A stretch of DNA of 52,902 nt from a virus. Its lineage: Duplodnaviria; Caudoviricetes. The stretch spans positions 1-52,902 of the IMG/VR virus record IMGVR_UViG_3300021335_000025, one strand, 5' to 3'. Each line of letters begins with the position of its first letter. Position 1 is the first letter of the stretch. The notes under the pieces were generated by a model. That model ran no database searches, was not told the DNA's origin, and worked only from the letters and a program-made list of their open reading frames with translations. Position numbers and translations under genes: made by a program. This document shows, piece after piece, positions 28,001-37,200 of the stretch.

Positions 28001-28760
28001 TGTTTATTAAATCTTTTTGCTCTGAACCAAATTTTGAAAGATCTCTAAGAATTAACTCAATTTTACTAATCAAATTTTGTATATCAGTTTTTATTCCCTT
28101 AACTTGATTTGGTCCCTGAGATCTTAATTTTGATTGATGTGTAGGAATTATTGCTTCTTTTCTTTGAGACTCTTCCTGAGCATTTTCTAAATTAGTCGGA
28201 TTTTCTGCTGCAGTACTTATTTTTGGTTGAGGATCTTTTCTTATTCTCCCAGGTGATTTAGTTTGAATACCTTTTACACCTTCTCTATTTTCTTTTACAG
28301 CATATTGAGCTCTTTTGTCAAGTTTTTCATAACCATCAAAAGGAAGAAATGGAACTGGGGGAACATTTCTTTGGACAGCAGTGTATGAGTTATATCCAAT
28401 AACTCCCATAATAACTGGTTGTTGACCATCTTCACCGTCTAAGAAAAATCCAAAGACAAAATTTCCTTGTCTCAATTGGGTATTTTCTGATGCAGAAGCA
28501 CTACCAGCTCCAGCAGTCACTGGATACATTACTGTTGCCCAAGGCAAATCATTATCGGGAAGAGCCTTGTTATCTGCAGTATGGTATCCCATAATGCGAA
28601 CTCTATATCTTTCACCAAATCCCCTATGATCATCAGTCGTATTTGTTCTAAATGCGGGTATATTAGTTTTCCAAATTTTTGAATCAACAATTTGCCCTAT
28701 CCACCAGACAAATCCATCTCTTCCAACAAATTGTTTTTTAAACAGTTCGTGTTCAATCAT
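25086..28760 (-). CDS. gp5: Baseplate hub / spike protein gp5 (N-terminal OB fold; 1224 aa)
   Basis: FVWWIGQIVD...RYRVRIMGYH...LPWATVMYP...VFGFFLDGEDGQQPVIMG is the gp5/VgrG OB-fold signature. Confidence 0.85.
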   Translation of the reverse strand: MIEHELFKKQFVGRDGFVWWIGQIVDSKIWKTNIPAFRTNTTDDHRGFGERYRVRIMGYHTADNKALPDNDLPWATVMYPVTAGAGSASASENTQLRQGNFVFGFFLDGEDGQQPVIMGVIGYNSYTAVQRNVPPVPFLPFDGYEKLDKRAQYAVKENREGVKGIQTKSPGRIRKDPQPKISTAAENPTNLENAQEESQRKEAIIPTHQSKLRSQGPNQVKGIKTDIQNLISKIELILRDLSKFGSEQKDLINSFQDKIQKALDEAVKFVSGKIKWIIKELRKNVIEKANDISKKLTFLFMPNERPRVKTARDKVLFGISCLFNKALNGLGKLVGNFLKNIAKKAVNVTECLLENFVGGFLGKITGIISGALDALFKPLNSITNLIKGIGGISLSFNAIGEIFDTVKGILGFSFCETKIKGPSVDVWSIWDGPGNNGGGSVSLKKIIKNAKKAGKGLTGQFLNAAASGIGVVDEVTGAVGDVAGLVSGIGFDDLFDGAGCGVGPVPCGPPTVSFFGGGGVGAAANAIVSQTGQILGVDILSSGSGYTEAPFISIGDPCGKGKGAVAKVVLNNNNRGGQGSGIDLDSTLIDASTLLTGSASGLSNGQPITLPETQTTPTDQSIGQTGVGGQVPFAGNDGFTGTPIEVVLLSSGTGYADGSNVSTTGGTGEGLTVNIETTIDAVIGEIVDEIGQPPAPDINKDRTVRIIEGIKLTAGGVPIQIGTPEFTKPSNLSKTDYDRIVNNFDAIDIDGDGFITNTDSALLAAYSSGITDFSGIPLSPDATRTTNAEILAHIGIHTIGGTGILDVSDDGVLGAIDSQLISTFASANPRSNVANVSTKTLTVGGIGGTNVFAGELPITAGGIGGIPVVSEVSNVKLTSGIKEIRAGATGGEPVKAGAFGGRIVTMDGTRITVGDNGGEFIIAYQEKEVTAVYQGNETNPEEIIDGSIISIEIFDPGDGYQVGDIVTVDNGSGATFRIEKVQGPSLELLDKNTESPGGVAKVIILDPGTGYLSGFDGDEGGDGRIWKTKEQTSVRRENFDYDRPYNPGQVIKLNPGDEVSMPAGTSEKIFGPDGNVLENIPGGVSYKVSNPAEITAPQIPDDLESPLQFPTSGNGQYPVVLCLDEIYIKDSGFDYSPGDTIVMEPNYGAVLEPVFDENGSLAKVNIIKNSEGFLDLPEIFIDSETGYNAKLIPVFSVCRIGDLPEDEISPGQNIISVVDCVGKF

Positions 28761-28965
28761 CGTAAATTCTGCACTCTAAAGCGTCGGGATTTTCATCGCA
28801 ATAAAGTTCTAATGGTGTTGGATCATGATCATCATCTGGATGATTATTTTTATATTTTTCCAAAGAGTTTAATTCGGACTTTAAATGTCTAACTCTTTGT
28901 CTATTTGTGTTTGAGTCATCTAATTCATCATTAATACTTTGTATGTGCTGATTAATTGATTCCAT
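28753..28965 (-). CDS. cp12: CP12 Calvin-cycle inhibitor (phage AMG)
   Basis: C-term DHDPTPLELYCDENPDALECRIYDD with the CP12 Cys pair; picocyanobacterial type lacking the N-terminal Cys pair. Confidence 0.9.
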   Translation of the reverse strand: MESINQHIQSINDELDDSNTNRQRVRHLKSELNSLEKYKNNHPDDDHDPTPLELYCDENPDALECRIYDD

Positions 28966-28969
28966 AGTT

Positions 28970-30316
28970 TTAATCTATAATTTGTGTGGAATTAAACGAA
29001 TCTCTAATTAAGGTTAAACTAGTATAAGTATCTTCTGGTGTTATCCTATGACACAAACTAGCAATTAAGTATTTTCCTTTTGTCTCCTTATTTGGTTTTT
29101 TGTTTTTATTCTTTGTGAGATCTGGAAAATCGCATTCAATTATATCACCTACTCTAAGACTAAAATCACCTGCTATAATAATATTAGTCTTAATTGTATA
29201 TAGCTGATTATAACGCATGATGGATTGAACCATTAATTTTGGTGCATCATAATTAGCATATTTTGGATCATTTTTCCAGGTTTTCAATTGTGCGTTTGGA
29301 TTATTTCCAGATGGCATAGTTCCATAGTCTAAAACCAAATTCATTAATCTTGAAGGTGCTTCTGTAAATTCATCTGGGACAAATAATACATTTTCTTCTG
29401 CTGGTTTTATTCCATCTATTTGATTGAATTTTAGATTATAATTTCTAACTTCATAATCCATCGCATACAAATCAAAAAATAAGCTTCTGTTTGCATATGT
29501 TCCCATAGAAACATTTTGTTGAAGATCAATGTCTCTATCAATACTCACAGACAATATTTTATCTGTATACTGCGTTGATTTATTTATGTTTGGCGCATTT
29601 GTATATACATATTTTTTTTCATCTTTTGGTTTCTGAGAAAGTAATATATCAATCGATTTAAATTTAAATCCATCATAAGTTTCATAGAAAAAATAACCAG
29701 CAGCACTATTAATCTTCCCAGTTCCTTCTGGAGCTCCCTTTGTTGCTAACCAAGTACAAACATAAAATGGTTTTCGGTCATTTCCAATAAAATTGTATGG
29801 AATAATTGTTGAATCAACTTCAATATCCTTTGTAGTATTCAATCCATTTTTATCTCTTAGTATTTGTATTACATTTTCGGAAATCTTGTTATCATATCTT
29901 TTTACAACTCTTGTCTGTTCATTTGCCAAAAACTCTCTAGTACATAGATCAAGAATAAAAACTTCTTTTTGAGTTCCTGGATTTGCATTTTTAATTCTAT
30001 TCACATAAAAACCTTGAGTTCCAAATTCTAATACATTCTTTTTTTCTTGATTGTCTGAAAATTTTATAGATACTCTTTCACCACCTCTAATGGGCAATCC
30101 ATCCAGAAGACCTATCATTTCATTTTTTTGAAATTCCAATCCTCCAGAATCTGCAACAACAACTCTCATGGTAATTGAATTTGATAACAAATTCTCATAG
30201 TAATTTAATTCAACTATTGAAGCAGCAATGTCAAGACCCTTCTCACTATATTTTCCAGTAGTGGGGAAGATCGTAAATAATTTTATATCCGATGGTAAAA
30301 CTTTCTGGTTAGACAT
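28970..30316 (-). CDS. Baseplate hub protein (gp27-like fold probable; 448 aa)
   Basis: Between tape-measure-like genes and gp5; YFFYETYDGFKFKSID, GDFSLRVGDII and GKYLIASLCH motifs. Confidence 0.65.
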   Translation of the reverse strand: MSNQKVLPSDIKLFTIFPTTGKYSEKGLDIAASIVELNYYENLLSNSITMRVVVADSGGLEFQKNEMIGLLDGLPIRGGERVSIKFSDNQEKKNVLEFGTQGFYVNRIKNANPGTQKEVFILDLCTREFLANEQTRVVKRYDNKISENVIQILRDKNGLNTTKDIEVDSTIIPYNFIGNDRKPFYVCTWLATKGAPEGTGKINSAAGYFFYETYDGFKFKSIDILLSQKPKDEKKYVYTNAPNINKSTQYTDKILSVSIDRDIDLQQNVSMGTYANRSLFFDLYAMDYEVRNYNLKFNQIDGIKPAEENVLFVPDEFTEAPSRLMNLVLDYGTMPSGNNPNAQLKTWKNDPKYANYDAPKLMVQSIMRYNQLYTIKTNIIIAGDFSLRVGDIIECDFPDLTKNKNKKPNKETKGKYLIASLCHRITPEDTYTSLTLIRDSFNSTQIID

Positions 30317-30321
30317 TTAAA

Positions 30322-33300
30322 TTATATTTTATAAAATGCTGAAACAATAACTTGCTTTAAGGATTTATTGTAAATATCTATATTACTATTTACACTACCA
30401 ATCAAACTTCCTCCCGATTTATTAATCCTACCATTAACTGTATTGGGTGATGATGAACCTTGCATTGGTATCATTATAATATTACTAGCACCTTCCTTTT
30501 CATATGATGCTTCTTCTTTTATTGAATTAACACTTGGACCAGTGTAAGAGCCATCTGCTAATGCATCAAGATAAAACTGTTTTACTTTTCCACCTTCTAT
30601 TTTAAAGTTTAGATCATATTTTGCTTGTTCTTTAGATGAAGAACTCGAAGGAGTTGGGGAACTTGAAGAACTCGAAGGAGTTGGGGAACTTGAAGAACTT
30701 GAAGGAGTTGGGGAACTTGAAGAACTTGAAGGAGTTGGGGAACTTGAAGAAGATGATGCTATACTTGGATCTGGTTGAATAGTTCCCCCAAAAGGAGCAT
30801 CAATACCATATTTTGATAATGGATTAAATCTAGAAAGAACTGCTGATTTTGATCTTCCAGTATCACTTGGATTTGTTGCTGTTTCCCAATGTAAGTGAGG
30901 ACCATCAGATCTACCAGTACTACCAAGTTCTCCAAGAATTGTTCCTTTTTTAATTCTTTGACCTTTTCTAACAAATGCTGGTTTATTCATATGAGCATAA
31001 AAATGACCAATCCCATTATCGTCAATCCAACTTACCCAATTACCATATCCACCTGCTTCATAACCAGTATCCTGAACAACTCCATCACTAAATGCTTGTA
31101 ATGGTTCTCCGGTTGTTCCATTAATATCAACTCCCATATGCATTCCTGGAGATAATGCAAAATCTCTCATTCCCATACCAGAAGTTAATACTCTCTTTCC
31201 ACCTCCCATAATAAATTCAGAAGCTTTATGTTTTTTCACAGGACCACCATTTCCTTTTCCTCCTCCCATAGCAGACATCTTTGATTTAATCATATCACGA
31301 AGTTTTGGTCCACCACTACCAAATCTATCAGATTGTGATAACTTATCCAAATCCCATCTTTGAACTGGTGGGGACAGTATTCCCGCTGGAACCGCATATC
31401 TTTCCCATTCACCGTGAGTTTTAACATTGCTATCAACTTTTGCTGGAGTCCATCCCCAACTCTTTGCCAAGTTTGCTGCTTCAGATGTCATAACATCCAA
31501 TTGCTTGGTCGTTGGTGGAGTCTTTAAATTATTTTCAGTTGCTCCTGCTGCAGCAGCGACAGCAAGACCAACCGAATTTGTATTTCCTCCTGCTGTATGA
31601 CCACTCTTGTCCTTATCATAAGGAGTATTTTGAACTTTTTCACCACTACCCAAGACAATACTATGGTATGCTGAAAATGGAGTATTATATCCTCCAGCAG
31701 ACCAATGTAAAAATATTTTTCTATTTTTTACATCTATAGGAGATCCAGCAACAGTAGGTCGATTACTATCTGGAGATTTGCCTCCACCTCCACTCGAAGA
31801 GGATGACGCTTTTGTTATAGATGTAGAAGTTGCTCCAAAATTGGGGATTGCTCCGATAGTATTTCCACTATAATTCCAATCCCATCCAAAATAATTATCA
31901 CCTTTCTTTCTCAATATTTGTCCTTTTCTTTCTGATTTTGGGTAATTTGTAAAGTCAGTTCTTCCTCCAATAAAATCTATCGCATCTTTTTGATACTTTG
32001 GATTTAATATTGCATCTGCCGCACCTTTAACAAAATCTTCAGAAGTTCCTGTGGCAGCAGATGCTGAAGATAAATCTTTAATTTGTAACCACTCTGGATT
32101 TGGTACACCATTCCCCTTTGATGCTCCATTTGGATATCTCCAAGTTGGTTCATATTGCCAAGTTCTCGTAATCAATCCAGATATTGATTTTGTCCCATAA
32201 GCACCAGATGCTGCTCTATTGTAAATTGATTGAGCAACATCTGCTCTTCCTTGAGGATCACCATCTTCTCTTGATGCAACAGCAGCAAGAGTCCAAAAAT
32301 CGGAAGTTCCTCCAGAAATATTAATTTTTGATTGTTGTTGTGGAGTATTGGTAGAGGTTCCTTTATTTGGATTTTCCTTATAAGATTCAGATTTAATTCT
32401 TTTGTCATCATAATCATTGTTTAATGAAACTCTGGTCAAATCATTAAATATTGCTTTTTTTGCCCACTCGGTAAGATCTTCCGAAATTGGTTCTACAAGT
32501 CTCTTATTAAATCCAAAAACTTTACTTTCCGATAAGGCATCACCTACCGAATAACCAATTTGTTTTGCTGCATTATCAGTTCTTGTTTTGTTTATTTTTT
32601 CACCCAATCCAACATCGAGACTAATTTGCATCAGTTCTCCAACAAAAGAACTAGTGCCCAGTTTGCTTCTAATTTCTTTATAAGTCTCTAAAGATTTTTC
32701 ATCTGTAAAAATATTTTTCTTAGCATTACTTTCAGTTGCTGAAGAAACTTTGGAGTTTATTGTGGAAATTGTTCCTGGAGATGAAGTTGAACTACTTCTA
32801 CTAACTACAGATGTGCTTCTTTGGCCAATTCTACCTGCAGAATACTTTTGCTCAACAGGATCAACAGGTGCTTCCTTATCTGCCACAGCTTGGAGACCAA
32901 TTAAATTAGAATATATTTTCTTTCCTGCCCAATCACCAATAGCACCGCCAACCGCACCTCCTACCCAAGTTCCAACAACAGGAATAGGAATTATACCAGT
33001 TCCTATTGCTGCACCAACTGCTGTTCCTAAAGATGCTCCAGCTGCTCCCGCAATTGCCTTATCAACTCTTTCACCCATTGCAAGATCAATACCAATCCCA
33101 ATGAGTGCGCCAATAAAGGGAATTTTTTTAAATAAATTTGAAACAAATTTAAATCTTTTTACAATATTTACTGCATTTCCAGCTGCTTTGATTGCAGATC
33201 CTCCTGCTTTGACAGCACCACCAACAACCTTTCCGACAACTTTAGCAGTACCTTTAACAATAGGAGTAGCTGCTTTTACTGCACCTGGAACAAGTTTTTT

Positions 33301-34200
33301 TGCTAATTTTAGAGCAAGACCTGTTGCCCCTTTTATAAGATTAAAAATTCTTTTTCCGGCAAAACCAAGAACTTTTTTTACAATAGAACCAGATTTCTTT
33401 ATAAGAGGTGCTGAAAACTTTAATATTTTTTTTCCAAGATTAAAAACAAATCTAATTTGTCTCCTAAAAAGAACACTTGCACTGATAATTGAAAGTCTAA
33501 CTCTTTGCCAGACATTAGTTAAACCATTAGCAATTTCCTCAAACATTTCAAGTATTTGAGGAATATACTTCCACAAATAATTGACTAAAGACCCTAATAA
33601 TACGTTTTTAATAAAACCACTAATAAGATCAAGAAAACCTGGAGACTTTTTTCCTTTTTTTGATTTTGGTTTTTTAGTTTTTTCTTTAGTTGCTTCTAAA
33701 TTATCTTCTTTATTTTTTCTTTTTGAAAACTCCTGCTCTCTTCTTCTATTTCTTTGCTCACTTAAAAAACTTGACAAATTACTACTAGAAATTTTCTTTA
33801 TAGTAATTAAATTGTTTTTTATTTTTGTAAGTTCATCTATTAATTCTGAACCATCAAATTTCTTTTGATTGGATGAAGTTTCTTCTTTGTCTATTAAAGA
33901 TAATTTTTTAATATCAATCTTTTTAGTTTTTACTAAAAAACCACCAGATCCTCCACCTCCTCCAAATCCACCACCAAAAAATCCTCCGGAACCTCCTTCA
34001 CCACCATCGCCAGAATCTCGTTTTACTAATCCACCACCTTTACCATCATCCTTTTTTTTAATAAAAGACTGTGCCTTTTTCTTTGCAATATCTTTAACCT
34101 TTTCTTTAGCAAAATTTTTAGAAGCAGTTTTTAGACCTTGTTTTAGACCTTGAGATGCTATTATTCTTCCTGCTCCAAGTAATGCTGCTGGTAGTGCCAT
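30322..34200 (-). CDS. Tape-measure-like tail protein with SleB-like hydrolase, Amidase_2 and M23 peptidase domains (1292 aa)
   Basis: Helical N-term and glycine zipper; LAAVASRED...VAQSIYNR...QYEP; IFLHWSAG...YH...HT...NTNSVG...THGE; HMGVD...YAHM...GSTGRSDGPHLHWE. Confidence 0.8.
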   Translation of the reverse strand: MALPAALLGAGRIIASQGLKQGLKTASKNFAKEKVKDIAKKKAQSFIKKKDDGKGGGLVKRDSGDGGEGGSGGFFGGGFGGGGGSGGFLVKTKKIDIKKLSLIDKEETSSNQKKFDGSELIDELTKIKNNLITIKKISSSNLSSFLSEQRNRRREQEFSKRKNKEDNLEATKEKTKKPKSKKGKKSPGFLDLISGFIKNVLLGSLVNYLWKYIPQILEMFEEIANGLTNVWQRVRLSIISASVLFRRQIRFVFNLGKKILKFSAPLIKKSGSIVKKVLGFAGKRIFNLIKGATGLALKLAKKLVPGAVKAATPIVKGTAKVVGKVVGGAVKAGGSAIKAAGNAVNIVKRFKFVSNLFKKIPFIGALIGIGIDLAMGERVDKAIAGAAGASLGTAVGAAIGTGIIPIPVVGTWVGGAVGGAIGDWAGKKIYSNLIGLQAVADKEAPVDPVEQKYSAGRIGQRSTSVVSRSSSTSSPGTISTINSKVSSATESNAKKNIFTDEKSLETYKEIRSKLGTSSFVGELMQISLDVGLGEKINKTRTDNAAKQIGYSVGDALSESKVFGFNKRLVEPISEDLTEWAKKAIFNDLTRVSLNNDYDDKRIKSESYKENPNKGTSTNTPQQQSKINISGGTSDFWTLAAVASREDGDPQGRADVAQSIYNRAASGAYGTKSISGLITRTWQYEPTWRYPNGASKGNGVPNPEWLQIKDLSSASAATGTSEDFVKGAADAILNPKYQKDAIDFIGGRTDFTNYPKSERKGQILRKKGDNYFGWDWNYSGNTIGAIPNFGATSTSITKASSSSSGGGGKSPDSNRPTVAGSPIDVKNRKIFLHWSAGGYNTPFSAYHSIVLGSGEKVQNTPYDKDKSGHTAGGNTNSVGLAVAAAAGATENNLKTPPTTKQLDVMTSEAANLAKSWGWTPAKVDSNVKTHGEWERYAVPAGILSPPVQRWDLDKLSQSDRFGSGGPKLRDMIKSKMSAMGGGKGNGGPVKKHKASEFIMGGGKRVLTSGMGMRDFALSPGMHMGVDINGTTGEPLQAFSDGVVQDTGYEAGGYGNWVSWIDDNGIGHFYAHMNKPAFVRKGQRIKKGTILGELGSTGRSDGPHLHWETATNPSDTGRSKSAVLSRFNPLSKYGIDAPFGGTIQPDPSIASSSSSSPTPSSSSSSPTPSSSSSSPTPSSSSSSPTPSSSSSKEQAKYDLNFKIEGGKVKQFYLDALADGSYTGPSVNSIKEEASYEKEGASNIIMIPMQGSSSPNTVNGRINKSGGSLIGSVNSNIDIYNKSLKQVIVSAFYKI
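30539..30628. repeat. 90-bp dispersed repeat, copy 1
   Basis: 87/90 identical to 35136-35225. Confidence 0.9.
30638..30750. repeat. 27-bp tandem repeat x4 (SSSSSSPTP linker)
   Basis: Unit gaagaact(c/t)gaaggagttggggaactt. Confidence 0.9.
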
Positions 34201-34213
34201 TTATAATTCCTCC

Positions 34214-37200
34214 TTACATTCCCCAGATATTATAAATTGCGGCAACTGTTACCATAGTTTGTTGATTATCATCAAATGAATTGATAGTTGGTATTGAAGT
34301 TGTTCCAGTTTTTGTCATTCCAGTTTTCATTGTTTTGGATTGATTTTCTCCACCAGGCATTGGTATTATTGTTGTGGATGATCTAGATTGTGGTATACTT
34401 GGAATTGTTGGAGTTTTTGTTGGTGTAATTTGTGGTTGAGTTGGTGGAGTATATGAAGAACCTCTATTTTCTCTTCTATTTTGGAATGTTGTCTGTAATA
34501 ATGTTTTTCTTGGTTGATTCGACTGAGAAGATGTTGGAGTTAATGACTTAAAAGATGGTCCATTTCTTTTTGCATTTTCAGAAGCAACTATAACTCTTTT
34601 TTCAACCTCTTCTGGAGAAAGACCTTCTGCTCTTGCCTTTGCTCTTGCTTCTTTTGCAGCCTCAAATACATGTGGCATTGATGCAGCAGTCTTTGTAGGA
34701 TCCAATATACTTGAACCACTACCTCCCATTCCTCGTACTAACTGTTTAATATTATTAGTATTATTATTAGTATTATTAGTAGTAGTATTAGTAGTATTAT
34801 TCATTGATGCAGCAGTCTTTGTAGGATCCAATATACTTGAACCACTACCTCCCATTCCTCGTACTAACTGTTTAGTAGTATTAGTAGTAGTATTAGTAGT
34901 ATTATTCATTGATGCAGCAGTCTTTGTAGGATTCAATATACTTGAACCACTACCTCCCATTCCTCGTACTAACTGTTTAGTAGTATTAGTATTATTATTA
35001 GTATTATTAGTAGTATTATTATTAGTAGTATTATTATTAGTATTATTAGTATTATTATTAGTAGTATTAGTAGTATTAGTAGTATTAGTATTGGAAATAA
35101 AGTTGGAAGCTGAAGAGGAACTTATATTCCTTTTTCCAGTGTAAGAACCATCTGCTAATGCATCAAGATAAAACTGTTTTATTTTTCCACCTTCTATTTT
35201 AAAGTTTGGATCATATTTTGCTTGTATAGAACTACTTGAAGATGAGGTGTTATCAGAATCTACGGCAACTGTTCTAAGATACTCTGGTGCCGCAGCAGGA
35301 TTATCTGCGCCTGGCATAAGTGTAACTCCCTCATCATCCTTATTTTTTCCGGGCATAGCAAACTCTGCTGCTGCTTTTGCCGCGAAAATTCGTGCTTCTT
35401 TTTCAGTTACATTTAATTTTTTCCAATAATCATAATTTGCTTTATAAGACCTGGAATACCAGAACCAAAGATCTGCATCTTTATGAGATTCTATTTTTAT
35501 TTTTTTAGAATCTAGAAGACTCATATTATCATAATCATTAAACCAGTTTTTTAATTCTATAGAGTTTGTAACCAATTTTCCTTCTGGACTCTGGGGATTC
35601 ACTCCAGTAAATTTATCATTCAATCCTAAGAAAGAACTTTGAACCAACTTATTAATTTGTTTTACAATATAAGTATCTCCAGTTTTTTCATATCTTATGA
35701 CATAATTTTTCTTTTCTTTATCACCAACCTTTATGTGTGTTGTATGTTTTGTATTTTTCACATACTCATCTGGAATTAACTGTCTGCCCTCTTTAGTTTC
35801 AACTTTTGGTGCATTATTGGGAGGATCACTTTTCTTTAATTTATATTCTATTGAACCTTTCGATTCAGACTGTTTAGTTTCATCTTTTGGTGCATTATTG
35901 GAAGAGTCACCTTGATTTAATTTATATTCTGTTGAACCTTTCGATTCAGACTGTTTAGTTTCAACTTTTGGTGCATTTTGAGTGGGAGTAGTTGTTGAAG
36001 AACCTCCGCCTTTGTGAGCATCATTTCTACGACCTCCAACAGAACCACCAGTATTCATTGCCTCAATGTTAATATCACCAATACTTGCTGTTCTTCTTTC
36101 AGATCTTCCACCAAACATATAATTAACTTTATCCAAATATTCTTCTCCACCCAACCAATTAACTGCTCCGGGTTTCAAAACATATTCTCCGAGAGAAAGT
36201 GCAGTTAAATATTGATCTGGTCCTAAACCAGATATTTTTGTATTAACTGTATTATTATTAACTACACCACCTTCAATTGAAACAGTATCATTTCCAATAG
36301 TTGGAGTTTTTCTTTGGGGTGGAGTTGTGGACCCACCCGTATTCTTAGTAAGAACGGGACTAAGTTTAGTAATAGATCCACCCGTATTCTTAGTAAGAAC
36401 GGGACTAAGTTTAGTAATAGATCCGCCCGTATTCTTAGTAAGAACGGGACTAAGTTTAGTAATAGATCCGCCCGTATTCTTAGTAAGAACGGGACTAAGT
36501 TTAGTAATAGATCCACCATTAAACTTTACATTAACTCCAGGAGCAGATTGTTGTTTTTGTTGTGGTTCTGCTGGTTCTGGTTCTCTATTTCCAACAATGT
36601 CCGGTGCTTGAAGTTCGGGTATTTTTGGAATGTTTGGAATAACTCCCTTATCTGGATCATTTGGCAATTGGGGTGCACCAGGAATGAACTTGAGTGCTCC
36701 ATTTATCATATCAATAAATCCACTTATGGCAGAATTTATAGAATCAATAAATCCTCTTACTGGTTGAATAAGTTTATTATCAATAAATTGTAGAATACTA
36801 TTAAAGACTCCAACAATACCATCAAACAAATCTTGTATTGGCTGCAAAAGAATTTTTGGATTTTTGATAACAGAAAATAACCAATTTACTGCAGACCCTA
36901 AAAGAACCATCATAATAAAGTTCTTTATAGTATCAAAAATATTCGTAAATGGTTTTATAACTTTATCGAGTAATTTTGATCCTTTTGAAGATTGTTTTTT
37001 TGATTCTAATTTATTCTCTTTTCCTGCCTTTTTTTGTTTATTTTTTTCAATTCTATTTTTTTCTCCTGATTTTTCGTTTGCCTGTGATTGCTTTTTGAAA
37101 ATATTTACAATATCTTCTGTAAGACTACGAATCTCTTTAACTATACTTAAAAGATCTCCGTTTAAAAATTTGTATAATTTATCAACTGTATTATCTTTTT

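Noticed and set aside
32750-33559. Long antisense ORFs (269 aa here; also 17884-18414, 27508-27996, 36314-36793)
   Set aside because: Shadows of Gly/Ala-rich or repetitive minus-strand genes; no RBS or promoter support seen.
34676-34979. CRISPR-like repeat-spacer-repeat pattern
   Set aside because: Repeats are 73 bp, in frame within a CDS; spacers are low-complexity TAG/TAT runs; no cas genes.
30539-35225. DGR template/variable repeat pair
   Set aside because: The three mismatches are not all at adenines of one copy on one strand, and no reverse transcriptase is in the window.
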